Positions 38,819 through 48,042 of a DNA stretch of 64,000 nucleotides are shown here, piece by piece. The DNA lies in the NCBI GenBank assembly GCA_965215015.1, contig OZ244042.1, positions 1,856,001-1,920,000 of the forward strand, in the 5' to 3' direction. This DNA comes from Candidatus Poribacteria bacterium (GTDB lineage: Bacteria > Poribacteria > WGA-4E > PCPOR2b). The position numbers and the translations under genes were made by a program. Numbering within the stretch: position 1 is the stretch's first letter; each line of letters begins with the position of its first letter. The notes below the pieces were generated by a model that saw only the letters and a program-made list of their open reading frames with translations, searched no databases and was not told the DNA's origin.

Positions 38819-40024
38819 ATGAAATGGATCGTCGTCCCGACAGTGCTACTTTTCTGTGTGGGTTGCGCCCTGTTTTTGAGATTCGGTGTGGAAGACCCGA
38901 TAGAACAGATCGCGCAGACTGTGTTAGAGGATCCTCATAGTGTCGGAAAGGCACCACCCCCTGATCAAATAACAGCCGATTTAGCAAACTTTCTCGGTTG
39001 GTATCAGTCTATGGTGAAAGATGCTTCGCCAGAAGTCCGCACCGTGATGAAAAGGTTTGACGCCAAGTTCCGAGCGAGCCCGTTAGATAGAAACGAGGAG
39101 ATAGAGCGATTTTTCCCTACCCATTTGTGGATACAGAAGCTATTGGACATGGGGATATCGATTGATGACTTTTCTGATTATTCAGGATATCTCAATTATA
39201 GGTGGACATATTACCATGCTCAAAACGATCCGGAAGCACTTTCTAATCTGAAATATCAATGTAGACTTGACGACGCTGTTTCTTGGGATGAGGTGGTAGA
39301 TGCGGGTATCCGTTTTTATGAAAAGCTGCATACTCTTACCAGCCAAACGATGGAAGCAGATCCGTTAGTCTACGGTGGAGAAATGGGGAGAGACGGTCTA
39401 TTTATCCCAGCCCGTTTAAAGACCGTATATGTGACCCCCAACGGTGGTATTTCGTATGGCACGGGGGTTCCAGAATGGGTTGGATATGAAATCAGCAAGC
39501 GAGAATCGGGGCTTCCTTCATCCAGAGAGCTACCAGACGACATCGACATCATCTACCTCGACGAAAAGGGGCAAGCGATAAAGGATAGGGTGCCCCCCAG
39601 TCGTGGTGATGAAATTGAAGGTTTCTCAAGCCGTGAATCAGACAGGACTTGGGACTCAGCAAGCGAGCAAGTCCCGTTAGATGATGATTTTGATAACTCG
39701 TTTCCTGATGACTTACCACCTTCCGATACAGAACTCCCTCAATTTGAAAAGCCTAATTTCCCCCCCAGCGTGGCAGACCTGGAGAAGCAGTTGGCACCAG
39801 AAAGGATTGAATCGGAACTGGGCGAAGGGTTATCGCCGGCGCGTTTTCGTAAGGGGCAACAGTTGATAGACCTGTATGGCACGGAGGAGGGGCTGCGTCG
39901 TTTGCGAGAGTCTGACCCTGAGGCTGCTCGTCGATTTGAGCAGGAGCGTCGGGGGGCCCCTTCCCGTGATGCGCCAAGAGGTCATACGCGTCGCGATGAT
40001 CAACCGCCTGATGGTTCGCCATAA
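38819..40024 (+). CDS. Hypothetical N-anchored exported protein
   Basis: 401-aa ORF, AAAGGAG RBS, N-terminal hydrophobic helix, C-terminal EEGLRRLRESDPEAARRFE helix. Confidence 0.7.
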   Translation: MKWIVVPTVLLFCVGCALFLRFGVEDPIEQIAQTVLEDPHSVGKAPPPDQITADLANFLGWYQSMVKDASPEVRTVMKRFDAKFRASPLDRNEEIERFFPTHLWIQKLLDMGISIDDFSDYSGYLNYRWTYYHAQNDPEALSNLKYQCRLDDAVSWDEVVDAGIRFYEKLHTLTSQTMEADPLVYGGEMGRDGLFIPARLKTVYVTPNGGISYGTGVPEWVGYEISKRESGLPSSRELPDDIDIIYLDEKGQAIKDRVPPSRGDEIEGFSSRESDRTWDSASEQVPLDDDFDNSFPDDLPPSDTELPQFEKPNFPPSVADLEKQLAPERIESELGEGLSPARFRKGQQLIDLYGTEEGLRRLRESDPEAARRFEQERRGAPSRDAPRGHTRRDDQPPDGSP

Positions 40025-40298
40025 CAATCAATCCCGATAAAATGAAACTGGGGGGCTCTTTGGCTTTGCAGCCGTATGGCTCACAATCTGCCTTGGATAC
40101 CCCTTATGTCTGTTAGACGACTTGAAGCCTTACGGCGACAAGACCCTCACAGTTGACCTGATAAATCCTTCCTTCTATCGAAACTGGCTTCTAGAGAATG
40201 TTATAGATCTTGGCGAAGGTTGTAAATCCTCGTCGATTCGGTTTGAAGCCAATATCAACTATCACAGGCTCTTGGTGTTCGGTCATGGTTGTAAATCC

Positions 40299-40706
40299 TC
40301 ATGACTCATGTTGTGTTAAGTGGTCGATGTGGTTCTGGTTGAGTTTGCTGAGTTCTAATCGGACATCCCTGATTTCGGCTTGCATATCCGATAGCCGTTG
40401 ATTGGTTTCGGCTTGCATATCCGATAGCCGTTGATTGGTTTCGGCTTGCATATCCGATAGCCGTTGATTGGTTTCAGCTTGCATATCCGATAGCCGTTGA
40501 TTGGTTTCGGCTTGCATACCCGATAATCGTTTGTCCATCCGATCTTCGAGGCGTTCAAACGCGTGAAAGAGCGTCTCACTATGTTTTTCTATCTTCTTAT
40601 CGTTCTGCCCAATGCGGTAGAACATAATCGCTACATGCCCAATGAACGCAATGATAGCGAATACCACCAATATCAGGTGGCTTGGGCTCCAGCCTGCAAA
40701 GTCCAT
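40299..40706 (-). CDS. Membrane-anchored coiled-coil protein with 11-aa tandem repeats
   Basis: N-terminal TM, then about 5x DMQAETNQRLS; AAGGAAA RBS. Confidence 0.75.
   Translation of the reverse strand: MDFAGWSPSHLILVVFAIIAFIGHVAIMFYRIGQNDKKIEKHSETLFHAFERLEDRMDKRLSGMQAETNQRLSDMQAETNQRLSDMQAETNQRLSDMQAETNQRLSDMQAEIRDVRLELSKLNQNHIDHLTQHES
40373..40532. repeat. 33-bp coding tandem repeat, about 5 copies
   Basis: TTTCGGCTTGCATATCCGATAGCCGTTGATTGG units, nearly identical. Confidence 0.95.
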
Positions 40707-40765
40707 TTGTTGAGTTTCCTTTCTTTTCTCTGTGTTGAAAAGCCAAGTGGGGCTTAGGTTTGCGT

Positions 40766-40966
40766 CTAATTTTCGATGTTGACTTTCCTGTAGTTTCTCC
40801 GTTTGGTTTCACGCTCTATTAACTTGGGCAGGTCACTCAGTACACAGGTGCGAATGATTTCGGCACGGCTGACTTTAAGACGCCTTGCTGCATCTTCTAT
40901 TTTTTTAGCGTCTTTGTCGGTAAAATTGACAAACATCTGCCGTGTCAAGTTGTCCTTGAGTTGCAT
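40766..40966 (-). CDS. Ribbon-helix-helix (CopG-like) DNA-binding protein
   Basis: QMFVNFTDKDAKKIEDAARRLKVSRAEIIR fits the RHH pattern; AGGTGGTG RBS before ATG 40966. Confidence 0.75.
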   Translation of the reverse strand: MQLKDNLTRQMFVNFTDKDAKKIEDAARRLKVSRAEIIRTCVLSDLPKLIERETKRRNYRKVNIEN

Positions 40967-41048
40967 TGTATCACCACCTTTCAGGGGAGTTGATAAAGGA
41001 TAACACATTTCTAGTAGATTGTCTATTAAAAAACGCTGATAAAAGTGC

Positions 41049-41098
41049 TTGACTTCCGTGTGATTATCGGTTATAATGTACGTAGATAAGAATGTCAA
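41049..41098. promoter_or_regulatory. Overlapping divergent sigma70 promoters
   Basis: Plus: TTGACT(41049)-17-TATAAT(41072); minus: TTGACA(41098)-17-TATAAC(41075). Confidence 0.7.
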
Positions 41099-41341
41099 CT
41101 ATCCGTTTACTTCTCGCTTTAGAAGGAAAATCTTGGCGTGCACTGCTTGACACTGATAAACCTGTTCACTGTTTTAAGTTAAAAGAGAAGGGTAAGTTGT
41201 ACATCATCGCGCACCGTCAGTTCGAGGTTCTTAAAAAACTGTGATTGCCTTTTGAGGAGATTTCCAATTAACTCATAGTTAAATTTTTTTTAATTCGCTT
41301 AACATACCTACTGATACTCGCGATTTTAGAAAGGGGCACAT

Positions 41342-42847
41342 TTGCAATCCAAACTTCAAGAGCTCAAAACACTCTTAATGGAGGTTAACGATTTAGGGGC
41401 AGCAGCTTCGATCCTCCACTGGGACCAGACCACCTACATGCCGCCGGGCGGTGCAGCTGCACGGGGACGTCAACTGGCAACGCTAAGTCGCCTCGCACAC
41501 GAAAAATTTACCGATCCAAAAATTGGAAAACTCCTTAATAATTTACAATCTCACGAAGAGAGTTTACCATACGACTCCGACGATGCCAGCTTGATTCGTG
41601 TCACACGACGTGAATACGAGAAAGCCACAAAAGTACCCCCTGCGTTCATGGCAGAACTCCAGAACCACGCAGCCGAATCGTATCAGGTCTGGACAAAAGC
41701 GCGACCAGAAAACGACTTCGCTACTATGCAACCTTACCTCGAAAAAACGCTAGACCTGAGCCGACAACTCGCCGATTTCTTTCCCAGCTATGAGCACATT
41801 GCTGATCCCCTGATTGACTTTGCCGACCAAGGCATGAAAGCTTCGATCATTCGTCCACTTTTTTCCAAACTCCGCGAACAGCTCGTGCCGATTATAGGTG
41901 CCATCACCGCCCAACCGACCGCTGACGACAGGTGTCTACGCCAAACCTTCCCGGAGGCGCAGCAACTTGAATTCGCCGACGATGTCATCAAACGCTTCGG
42001 CTATGACTTTGAGCGTGGACGCCGCGACAAAACCCACCATCCCTTTATGACAAAATTCTCGATTGGCGATGTCCGAATCACCATCCGTACCAAAGAAAAT
42101 GATTTGAGCGAAGGGCTGTTCAGCATGACGCATGAGGCAGGACATGCACTGTATGAACAGGGCACCTCCACAGACTTTGAAGGGCTTCCTCTCGACGGTG
42201 GAGCGTCATCAGGGGTTCATGAGAGCCAATCGCGGCTCTGGGAAAACGTCGTTGGACGAAGTCGGGGTTTCTGGAACTTTTTCTATCCTAAACTCCAATC
42301 AACCTTTCCGAACCAGCTGGGGCGTGTGCCGATAGATACCTTTTACCGTGCGATTAACAAAGTGGAACGATCACTTATCCGCACAGATGCCGACGAGGTG
42401 ACTTATAACCTCCATGTTATGCTTCGATTTGATTTCGAGCTCGATCTTCTTGAGGGAAAGCTTGGTGTGAAAGATCTCCCCGAAGCATGGCATGAGCGAT
42501 TTCAAGCGGATTTTGGCATTGTTCCGCCGGATGACCGAGATGGGGTGCTGCAGGATGTCCATTGGTATGGGGGCACAATTGGCGGTGGTTTTCAGGGCTA
42601 TACGTTGGGCAACATTCTGGGGGCGCAGTTCTTCGCGACCGCTTTAGAAGCACACCCTGAAATTACGAGGGAGATTGAGACGGGGGAATTTGGCACCCTA
42701 CACAATTGGCTTAAGGAAAATATCTATCAGCAGGGTAGTAAATACACTGCGCCTGAACTCATTGAGCGTGTTACCGGAGGGCCATTACGCATTGAACCGT
42801 ATATCCACTACCTACGCTCAAAGTACGGAACCTTGTATAGCCTATAG
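41342..42847 (+). CDS. Carboxypeptidase M32 (Taq-like)
   Basis: WDQTTYMP, HPF, DVRIT, HEAGHALYEQ, HESQS, IRTDADE, GVLQDVHW. Confidence 0.95.
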   Translation: MQSKLQELKTLLMEVNDLGAAASILHWDQTTYMPPGGAAARGRQLATLSRLAHEKFTDPKIGKLLNNLQSHEESLPYDSDDASLIRVTRREYEKATKVPPAFMAELQNHAAESYQVWTKARPENDFATMQPYLEKTLDLSRQLADFFPSYEHIADPLIDFADQGMKASIIRPLFSKLREQLVPIIGAITAQPTADDRCLRQTFPEAQQLEFADDVIKRFGYDFERGRRDKTHHPFMTKFSIGDVRITIRTKENDLSEGLFSMTHEAGHALYEQGTSTDFEGLPLDGGASSGVHESQSRLWENVVGRSRGFWNFFYPKLQSTFPNQLGRVPIDTFYRAINKVERSLIRTDADEVTYNLHVMLRFDFELDLLEGKLGVKDLPEAWHERFQADFGIVPPDDRDGVLQDVHWYGGTIGGGFQGYTLGNILGAQFFATALEAHPEITREIETGEFGTLHNWLKENIYQQGSKYTAPELIERVTGGPLRIEPYIHYLRSKYGTLYSL

Positions 42848-43026
42848 TAACCCAAGCGACTAGTAATAGGCATATTGCATTGAATCCCAATCCATCGGGA
42901 CGGAGTTGCTGTAATCCGCACACATACCCGTAGGCCGGGCATCTTGCCCAACCCCACCGATTCGGCGGGGTTAATTCGTAGGGAACACAGATCTGCGTTC
43001 TCTTTCTTCTAATCAGCCGATGAACT

Positions 43027-43344
43027 TAGGAGTTACGCACTTCAGTTTGTATGACATTCAACCCACGTCCCGATAGACAATAAATCGCCCGCCAGTAGTC
43101 GGCATATGGCGTATGCCCTACCCCCTTCCCTCCGCTTGCGGGGGGGTAGGAGGTACGGCACGGCGGAGCGTGCCTGCTACTATCGGATTAACTGTCTCTG
43201 CCCGATTCATCGCCGAGGATACCACGACTGTTGCGCCACACGATTGGCTCAATCCGTCCGGATTATTGAGCGAGAGTCCGGGTGTTTTGTTGAGATATGA
43301 ATCTTGACCGCCAAGGCACCGAGAGGGGAACTGCGTAAGTCCTA
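43027..43344 (+). mobile_element. Complete MITE family B (318 bp)
   Basis: Terminal inverted repeats TAGGAGTTACGCA ... TGCGTAAGTCCTA; internal G/C and GTAG REP modules. Confidence 0.8.
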
Positions 43345-43500
43345 TGAACGGATGAACCCATTGAGATTCAATCGTTTAGAAGTTACCCTAACAGAACGCT
43401 CAGTGGCAGCGTGCATTATAATATTTGTGGAGCGCGTTTCAACCTGTCCCACAAAATGGGTGTATCTGGAAGCCCAAATAGTACGATGCAGGAGGACCCA

Positions 43501-44547
43501 ATGATAATCAAGACAGCAGACGAACTTCATGAATTGGTCAAGAACGCTCTATTCGCCGCAGGTGCCGACGAACAAAATGCGGAGGACGTGGCGGAACATT
43601 TGGTTTTAGCAAATCTCAGTGGTGTTGACACACATGGCATCTGGCATTTGCCGCGCTATGTGGATTCCGCTAAATCCGGTGAGATTGTGGCGACTGCCCA
43701 CCCTGAAATCCTAAACGAAACCGCCACAAGTGCCCAAGTTACAGGGAATTGGACCTTCGGTCAAGTCGCTGCCAAATATGCGATACAAGTCGCCATAACA
43801 AAGGCGAAAGAGAATGACATCGCCGTGGTTGGGCTCGTTCAAGCAGACCATATCGGAAGACTAGGGCACTATGTGGAGATGGCTGCATCTGAAAGGCTAA
43901 TCGCTATGGTCTGGGCGGGGGGATACTCTGAAGAAGAGCCGGCAACCGTTCCCTATGGTGGCAGGGAACGGGTTCTCCATACTAATCCATTAGCAATGGG
44001 TTTCCCGTCCGGCGATGCACCCCAAATGATGTTCGACTTTGCAACAGCAGCAGTTTCCGGCGTCAAAGTTCTCAACGCCCAGCGCAGAGGGGAGCCGTTA
44101 CCATCCAACTGTATTGTCGATAAAGATGGAAATCCCAGCACGGATGCGAACGATTTCGTTAATGGAGGCGGGCATGTCCCGTTTGGTGGCCACAAAGGTT
44201 ATGCCTTGATGATGGCGACAGAGTTCCTTGGGCGAATCTTCACAGGAGCGGATGCCTTTGTTGACCCAAAGCATGGTGGCCCGATTATGCGGCACCAAGG
44301 CGTAACAATGATTGCCTTCAAAGCGGACCTGTTCCAGCCCTTCTCGGATTATGCGAACCGAGCTGATGAAATGGGGCATCGAGTCAGAGGGGTTCCACCG
44401 GCCCCCGGCTTCGATGAGGTGCTTATGCCCGGCGATCCAGAAGTTCGGACACGCGCCAGCCGCCAACGCGATGGCATCCCTATTGCTGATGATATTTGGC
44501 AGTCTGTCACTGAAACAGCGACATCACTAGGGGTGGAGGTTCCCTAG
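43501..44547 (+). CDS. Ldh_2 family (malate/L-lactate/sulfolactate-type) oxidoreductase
   Basis: GVDTHG..LPRY, HIGRLG, TNPLA, DFAT, GGHKGY; AGGAGG RBS. Confidence 0.92.
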   Translation: MIIKTADELHELVKNALFAAGADEQNAEDVAEHLVLANLSGVDTHGIWHLPRYVDSAKSGEIVATAHPEILNETATSAQVTGNWTFGQVAAKYAIQVAITKAKENDIAVVGLVQADHIGRLGHYVEMAASERLIAMVWAGGYSEEEPATVPYGGRERVLHTNPLAMGFPSGDAPQMMFDFATAAVSGVKVLNAQRRGEPLPSNCIVDKDGNPSTDANDFVNGGGHVPFGGHKGYALMMATEFLGRIFTGADAFVDPKHGGPIMRHQGVTMIAFKADLFQPFSDYANRADEMGHRVRGVPPAPGFDEVLMPGDPEVRTRASRQRDGIPIADDIWQSVTETATSLGVEVP

Positions 44548-44586
44548 GTAATGCACTACGAAATTTACTTACCTTAAAAGAAAAGG

Positions 44587-44865
44587 GGATAAGTCGTTAC
44601 CGGCTTTTAATAAAACGCAAAGACGCCCCCCCTCAGGCCCCCGCAAGCAGGGGAAGGGGAACGCAAAGAAAAGAAAATGAGAAAATTAGAACACGAGAAA
44701 GCGACAGGACTGGCTTCCCACCTTCCCCTTCGTCAGGGAAAGGGGCGTTTCTTCGTTCTTCTCCCGATGAAACCGTGAATTCCCGATGCGGTAAGCATTC
44801 CCTTGGGAGGGCAACGGCATCGGGCCTTGCGCCTCCCTCTGCTTGCGGGGGGCCTGAGGGGGTAA
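44587..44865 (+). repeat. Composite repeat family C copy
   Basis: GATAAGTCGTTAC..TAATAAAACGCA, CCCCTTCGTCAGGGAAAGGGG, GCGGTAAGCATTCCCT..GAGGGCAAC, G/C palindromes. Confidence 0.8.
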
Positions 44866-45028
44866 AGTACGGGAAAAGATAAGAAGATGAATCAAACCAC
44901 TAACACAGTAGGGCTCACTCTTTGTAAAGCATGACAACATCACATACTGAATCTTATACCGCTGATTACCTGCTACCGGCCCTGATTTTAATGGAAAGTT
45001 CTAAATTCTCAGGTAACTAGGAGGCAAC

Positions 45029-46108
45029 ATGAATAACGCTTCTCGTCTATTGCGCGTTGGTGTCGTCGGCTGCGGCTCTTTTGGACGCCACGCATACTCA
45101 AACAATGTGGTTGATCACCCAGACGCCTATTTAACTGCAGTGTGCGATGTTGATGCGGAACGCGCTGAAATAGTCGCTCGCGAACTGTTTGAGGAACACC
45201 CACAGAGGCCGCGCGCAGCAATCTATACGCACTATCAGGAAATGTTTGACCAAGAATCCCTTGATGTTGTCATGGTTGGAACGATGGCGGATGTCCGCCC
45301 GACCGTGACGATTGCCGCACTTAACAGCGGTGCCCATGTATTAGCAGCCAAGCCGATGGCCCCCTCACTGGTTGAGGCGGAAACGATGCTTCAAGCAGCA
45401 AAGCAGGCGGACAGGATGTTGATGGTTGGTTATAATTTCCGTTTCCGTAAGGACGCACAGGCCGTGCACAGCTTCATCCGTAGCGGCGGATTGGGAACGC
45501 CCCGCTTCGCACGCACTTGGATACACGCGGGCAGCGTACCAGTCTGGGGACCACACTACATCAAGGCCCAGTCCGGGGGTGGCTCACTCGCCAGCACCGG
45601 GGTGCATACACTGGATCTGGGCGTTTGGTTCCTCGGTTGTCCCCCTCTCCTGTCTGTAGAAGGTCGAGCGAGTGCACGTTTTGCCGACCTCTCCACGCTG
45701 CCCCCGGATTTGGAAGCGGTCCGAGATACCTACGATGTAGAGGATCTGGTAACAGGCTATGTCAGTTTTGCCCAGGATGTTACATTGTCGGTTGAGAGTA
45801 TGTGGCTGGCACCCCCGCAAATCGGGGATACCGGCGTTGATGTGTGGGGGACGGAGGGCTACGCTTCGCTGACGCCGTTTCGGTTGTTGACGTGGCAAGA
45901 TGGGGATTATGTAGATGTGACTGAGGAAGTAGCCCCCGGTATCGCCGGCACATTCCAAGATAACCCTAGGGTACGAACCCGCACCGAAGCACTTCATTTT
46001 ATCGACTGTGCACTTGGCAAAAAGTCACCGCTCATCACACCACAGGAGATGTGGACGGATCAGGCAATTGTTGAGGGCATATATGCCGGTGGACGCTCCT
46101 TTTCATGA
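45029..46108 (+). CDS. Gfo/Idh/MocA family oxidoreductase
   Basis: VVGCGSFG, AKP in place of EKP, VGYNFRF, GGG.L...GVHTLD. Confidence 0.9.
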   Translation: MNNASRLLRVGVVGCGSFGRHAYSNNVVDHPDAYLTAVCDVDAERAEIVARELFEEHPQRPRAAIYTHYQEMFDQESLDVVMVGTMADVRPTVTIAALNSGAHVLAAKPMAPSLVEAETMLQAAKQADRMLMVGYNFRFRKDAQAVHSFIRSGGLGTPRFARTWIHAGSVPVWGPHYIKAQSGGGSLASTGVHTLDLGVWFLGCPPLLSVEGRASARFADLSTLPPDLEAVRDTYDVEDLVTGYVSFAQDVTLSVESMWLAPPQIGDTGVDVWGTEGYASLTPFRLLTWQDGDYVDVTEEVAPGIAGTFQDNPRVRTRTEALHFIDCALGKKSPLITPQEMWTDQAIVEGIYAGGRSFS

Positions 46109-46383
46109 GCAGCATGGTTCATGTTAAGAAAGGGAAGATGGCTGCACTTGGATTATTATCATAATCGTAGGAGTCCTCTTTATCATCTTGGCTTCGCAGT
46201 GTTAAGAGTGGGTAAACGGTTGGATGTCCATATCCACCCAAACAAGAAAGGAAGGAGAGCAAAATGCAATGCCTTATCGAACGTTTTATGTCAGACCTGA
46301 CGGGATAATATACTCTTGGCGAACTCAAGGATATTAAAGTTACTTTAATCAACGTAAAAACGATAACCTGAAAGGAGATACTA

Positions 46384-46674
46384 ATGAATCAAATTGTTGG
46401 CACTTGGATTGGTCCTTCAAATGAAAGATACTGTTTTGATAATAGAGGAGTATACGCTCTAATGTACCCTCCCGAACTAGTGAAGAAAGCAGGGTATAGC
46501 ATCTGTGGAAACACGCTAACATTGGTAGCCACATATAGACCTGAGGATAAAGAGAAGATTACCCTCACCTTCAGTGACAACGGAAATAAGGTCAGGTTCG
46601 ACTGGATTGATTGTACCGAGAGGATCAAATATGGTGCCAAGAGCATCTGTCTTAGACGTGAACAAAAACATTAG
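46384..46674 (+). CDS. Small hypothetical beta-rich protein; stop codon supplied by a MITE end
   Basis: AAGGAG RBS; IVGTW lipocalin-like start; TAG at 46672-46674 is the first triplet of the MITE terminal repeat. Confidence 0.45.
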   Translation: MNQIVGTWIGPSNERYCFDNRGVYALMYPPELVKKAGYSICGNTLTLVATYRPEDKEKITLTFSDNGNKVRFDWIDCTERIKYGAKSICLRREQKH

Positions 46675-46831
46675 GACTGACGCTGTTGAACGCTCAAATC
46701 CGTGTCGAGCGGCGATAAATCGCCGCTCAACACCGTGCCCAATGCCCGATGAATCGGACAACTACAGCAGAGGTTCCATAAGGAATGTGGAGGGAACAAC
46801 AATCCTTGTTCCTTGAAATGCGTAAGTCCTA
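46672..46831. mobile_element. Short MITE family B copy (160 bp)
   Basis: TAGGACTGACGC ... TGCGTAAGTCCTA ends; GGCGATAAATCGCC internal palindrome as at 12770. Confidence 0.75.
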
Positions 46832-46864
46832 TTAGAGTAGGAATAATAGCACACTCTGTCAACC

Positions 46865-47983
46865 TCAACTGACCGCAAGGCGTATCCAGCGGATGTTGTA
46901 GACCTCATCCTCATAGCACCAAAACGCAACCAACACCTCGCCATTAGGCAGTAGCGCGAGGTTAGGACAGCCGAGCTTCAGCGAGCGCAGTTCTTCCGTA
47001 GCAGTCGCCTCCCCGAACATTCTCGTGAGTCTGTCTCCCTGCCACAAAACCTGTGGTTCATCGTGCTGCCATCCCTCTCCGTCAAGATGGACGATGGTGC
47101 CACACAAACCGGGTGGGTCAATGCCACGATAAACACAAACAACGCGCCCATCCGGCAACGCCAAAAGTTTACTGGTCTCTCCGCTCAAGCCTGTCGGACG
47201 CGGTGGAGTCGAAAACGCCTTGCCATCGTGACTGACAGCGTAGTTGACTGCTTTAGTCTTACCGCTACGCTCATCGAATGCCCAACCAACGGCGAGTAAA
47301 CGTTCATCTGCCAATTGTACAACCGACTGCTCAAAATGGACAATGCCGTTGGCGGAGTCATCGAGGATGTCAATATACGTTGGCCAGGTCCTGCCCTGGT
47401 CGGCAGAAACCATTGCAATAGCCTTCAAGCCATTGGGGGCCCCACCGTCCCAACACCGCAGGCACGACAGCGGAGCCAGCCATTGACCGTTCGCTAATTC
47501 AACAATGGTGTGACAGACTTCAAAGGGTTGCCCTACCAGAGGCGGTGCAATGTACTGGAGTTGTTGCCATGTCCAGCCGTCATCTGGGCTCTGCGCTAGC
47601 ATCAAATTCATCTCAACTAAGCCCATCGTGTCCGGATTCCATATGCCTTGTTCGGGATTGTCTCGATAAAAGAGGGCGGTGAGTGCAACTAGTTTGCCAT
47701 CTGACATTAGTCTGGGGCGCGCGATGTGCGTCGTGCGCCGTGTCGGATGCCGGAGAAAATAATCAAGGAACATCGGCGAAGGCGCGTCCCAAGTCTGGCC
47801 ACCATCATAGCTGCGGCTGATATAAGTACGGTAATCCAAACTCTCGACTGCTTCACCAATGTCAAACGCGGCAATTAATTCGTTTCGGCTGATGACCACC
47901 AATGTCGGGTGCCACGCATGTCGGGCACGAAGATGGGGCTGAGGGTTGCGGTAGATGTGACCAGTGCCACGAATCTCAATCAT
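46865..47983 (-). CDS. BNR/Asp-box beta-propeller (sialidase-like) protein
   Basis: SYDGGQTW, SPDDGWTW, SADQGRTW, SHDGKAF Asp-boxes. Confidence 0.85.
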   Translation of the reverse strand: MIEIRGTGHIYRNPQPHLRARHAWHPTLVVISRNELIAAFDIGEAVESLDYRTYISRSYDGGQTWDAPSPMFLDYFLRHPTRRTTHIARPRLMSDGKLVALTALFYRDNPEQGIWNPDTMGLVEMNLMLAQSPDDGWTWQQLQYIAPPLVGQPFEVCHTIVELANGQWLAPLSCLRCWDGGAPNGLKAIAMVSADQGRTWPTYIDILDDSANGIVHFEQSVVQLADERLLAVGWAFDERSGKTKAVNYAVSHDGKAFSTPPRPTGLSGETSKLLALPDGRVVCVYRGIDPPGLCGTIVHLDGEGWQHDEPQVLWQGDRLTRMFGEATATEELRSLKLGCPNLALLPNGEVLVAFWCYEDEVYNIRWIRLAVS

Positions 47984-48042
47984 CGATTGTTCACTCCTAT
48001 TTGTTCAGTGATCTGAGTCCCTGACGATAGGTTAGAATCGTC

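Noticed and set aside
4424-40286. Stop-codon reassignment explaining the in-frame stops in several small ORFs
   Set aside because: TAG, TGA and TAA all end normal genes here and the stops replace different residues; only the 12550 TGA has a Sec context
40218-40300. Two GGTTGTAAATCCTC repeats 69 bp apart as a mini-CRISPR
   Set aside because: Only 14 bp are shared, there are two copies, no cas genes are present, and one copy is the RBS of a minus-strand ORF
40373-40532. 33-bp repeats as CRISPR or DGR template
   Set aside because: Head-to-tail in-frame coding repeats without spacers, adenine-specific variation or a reverse transcriptase gene
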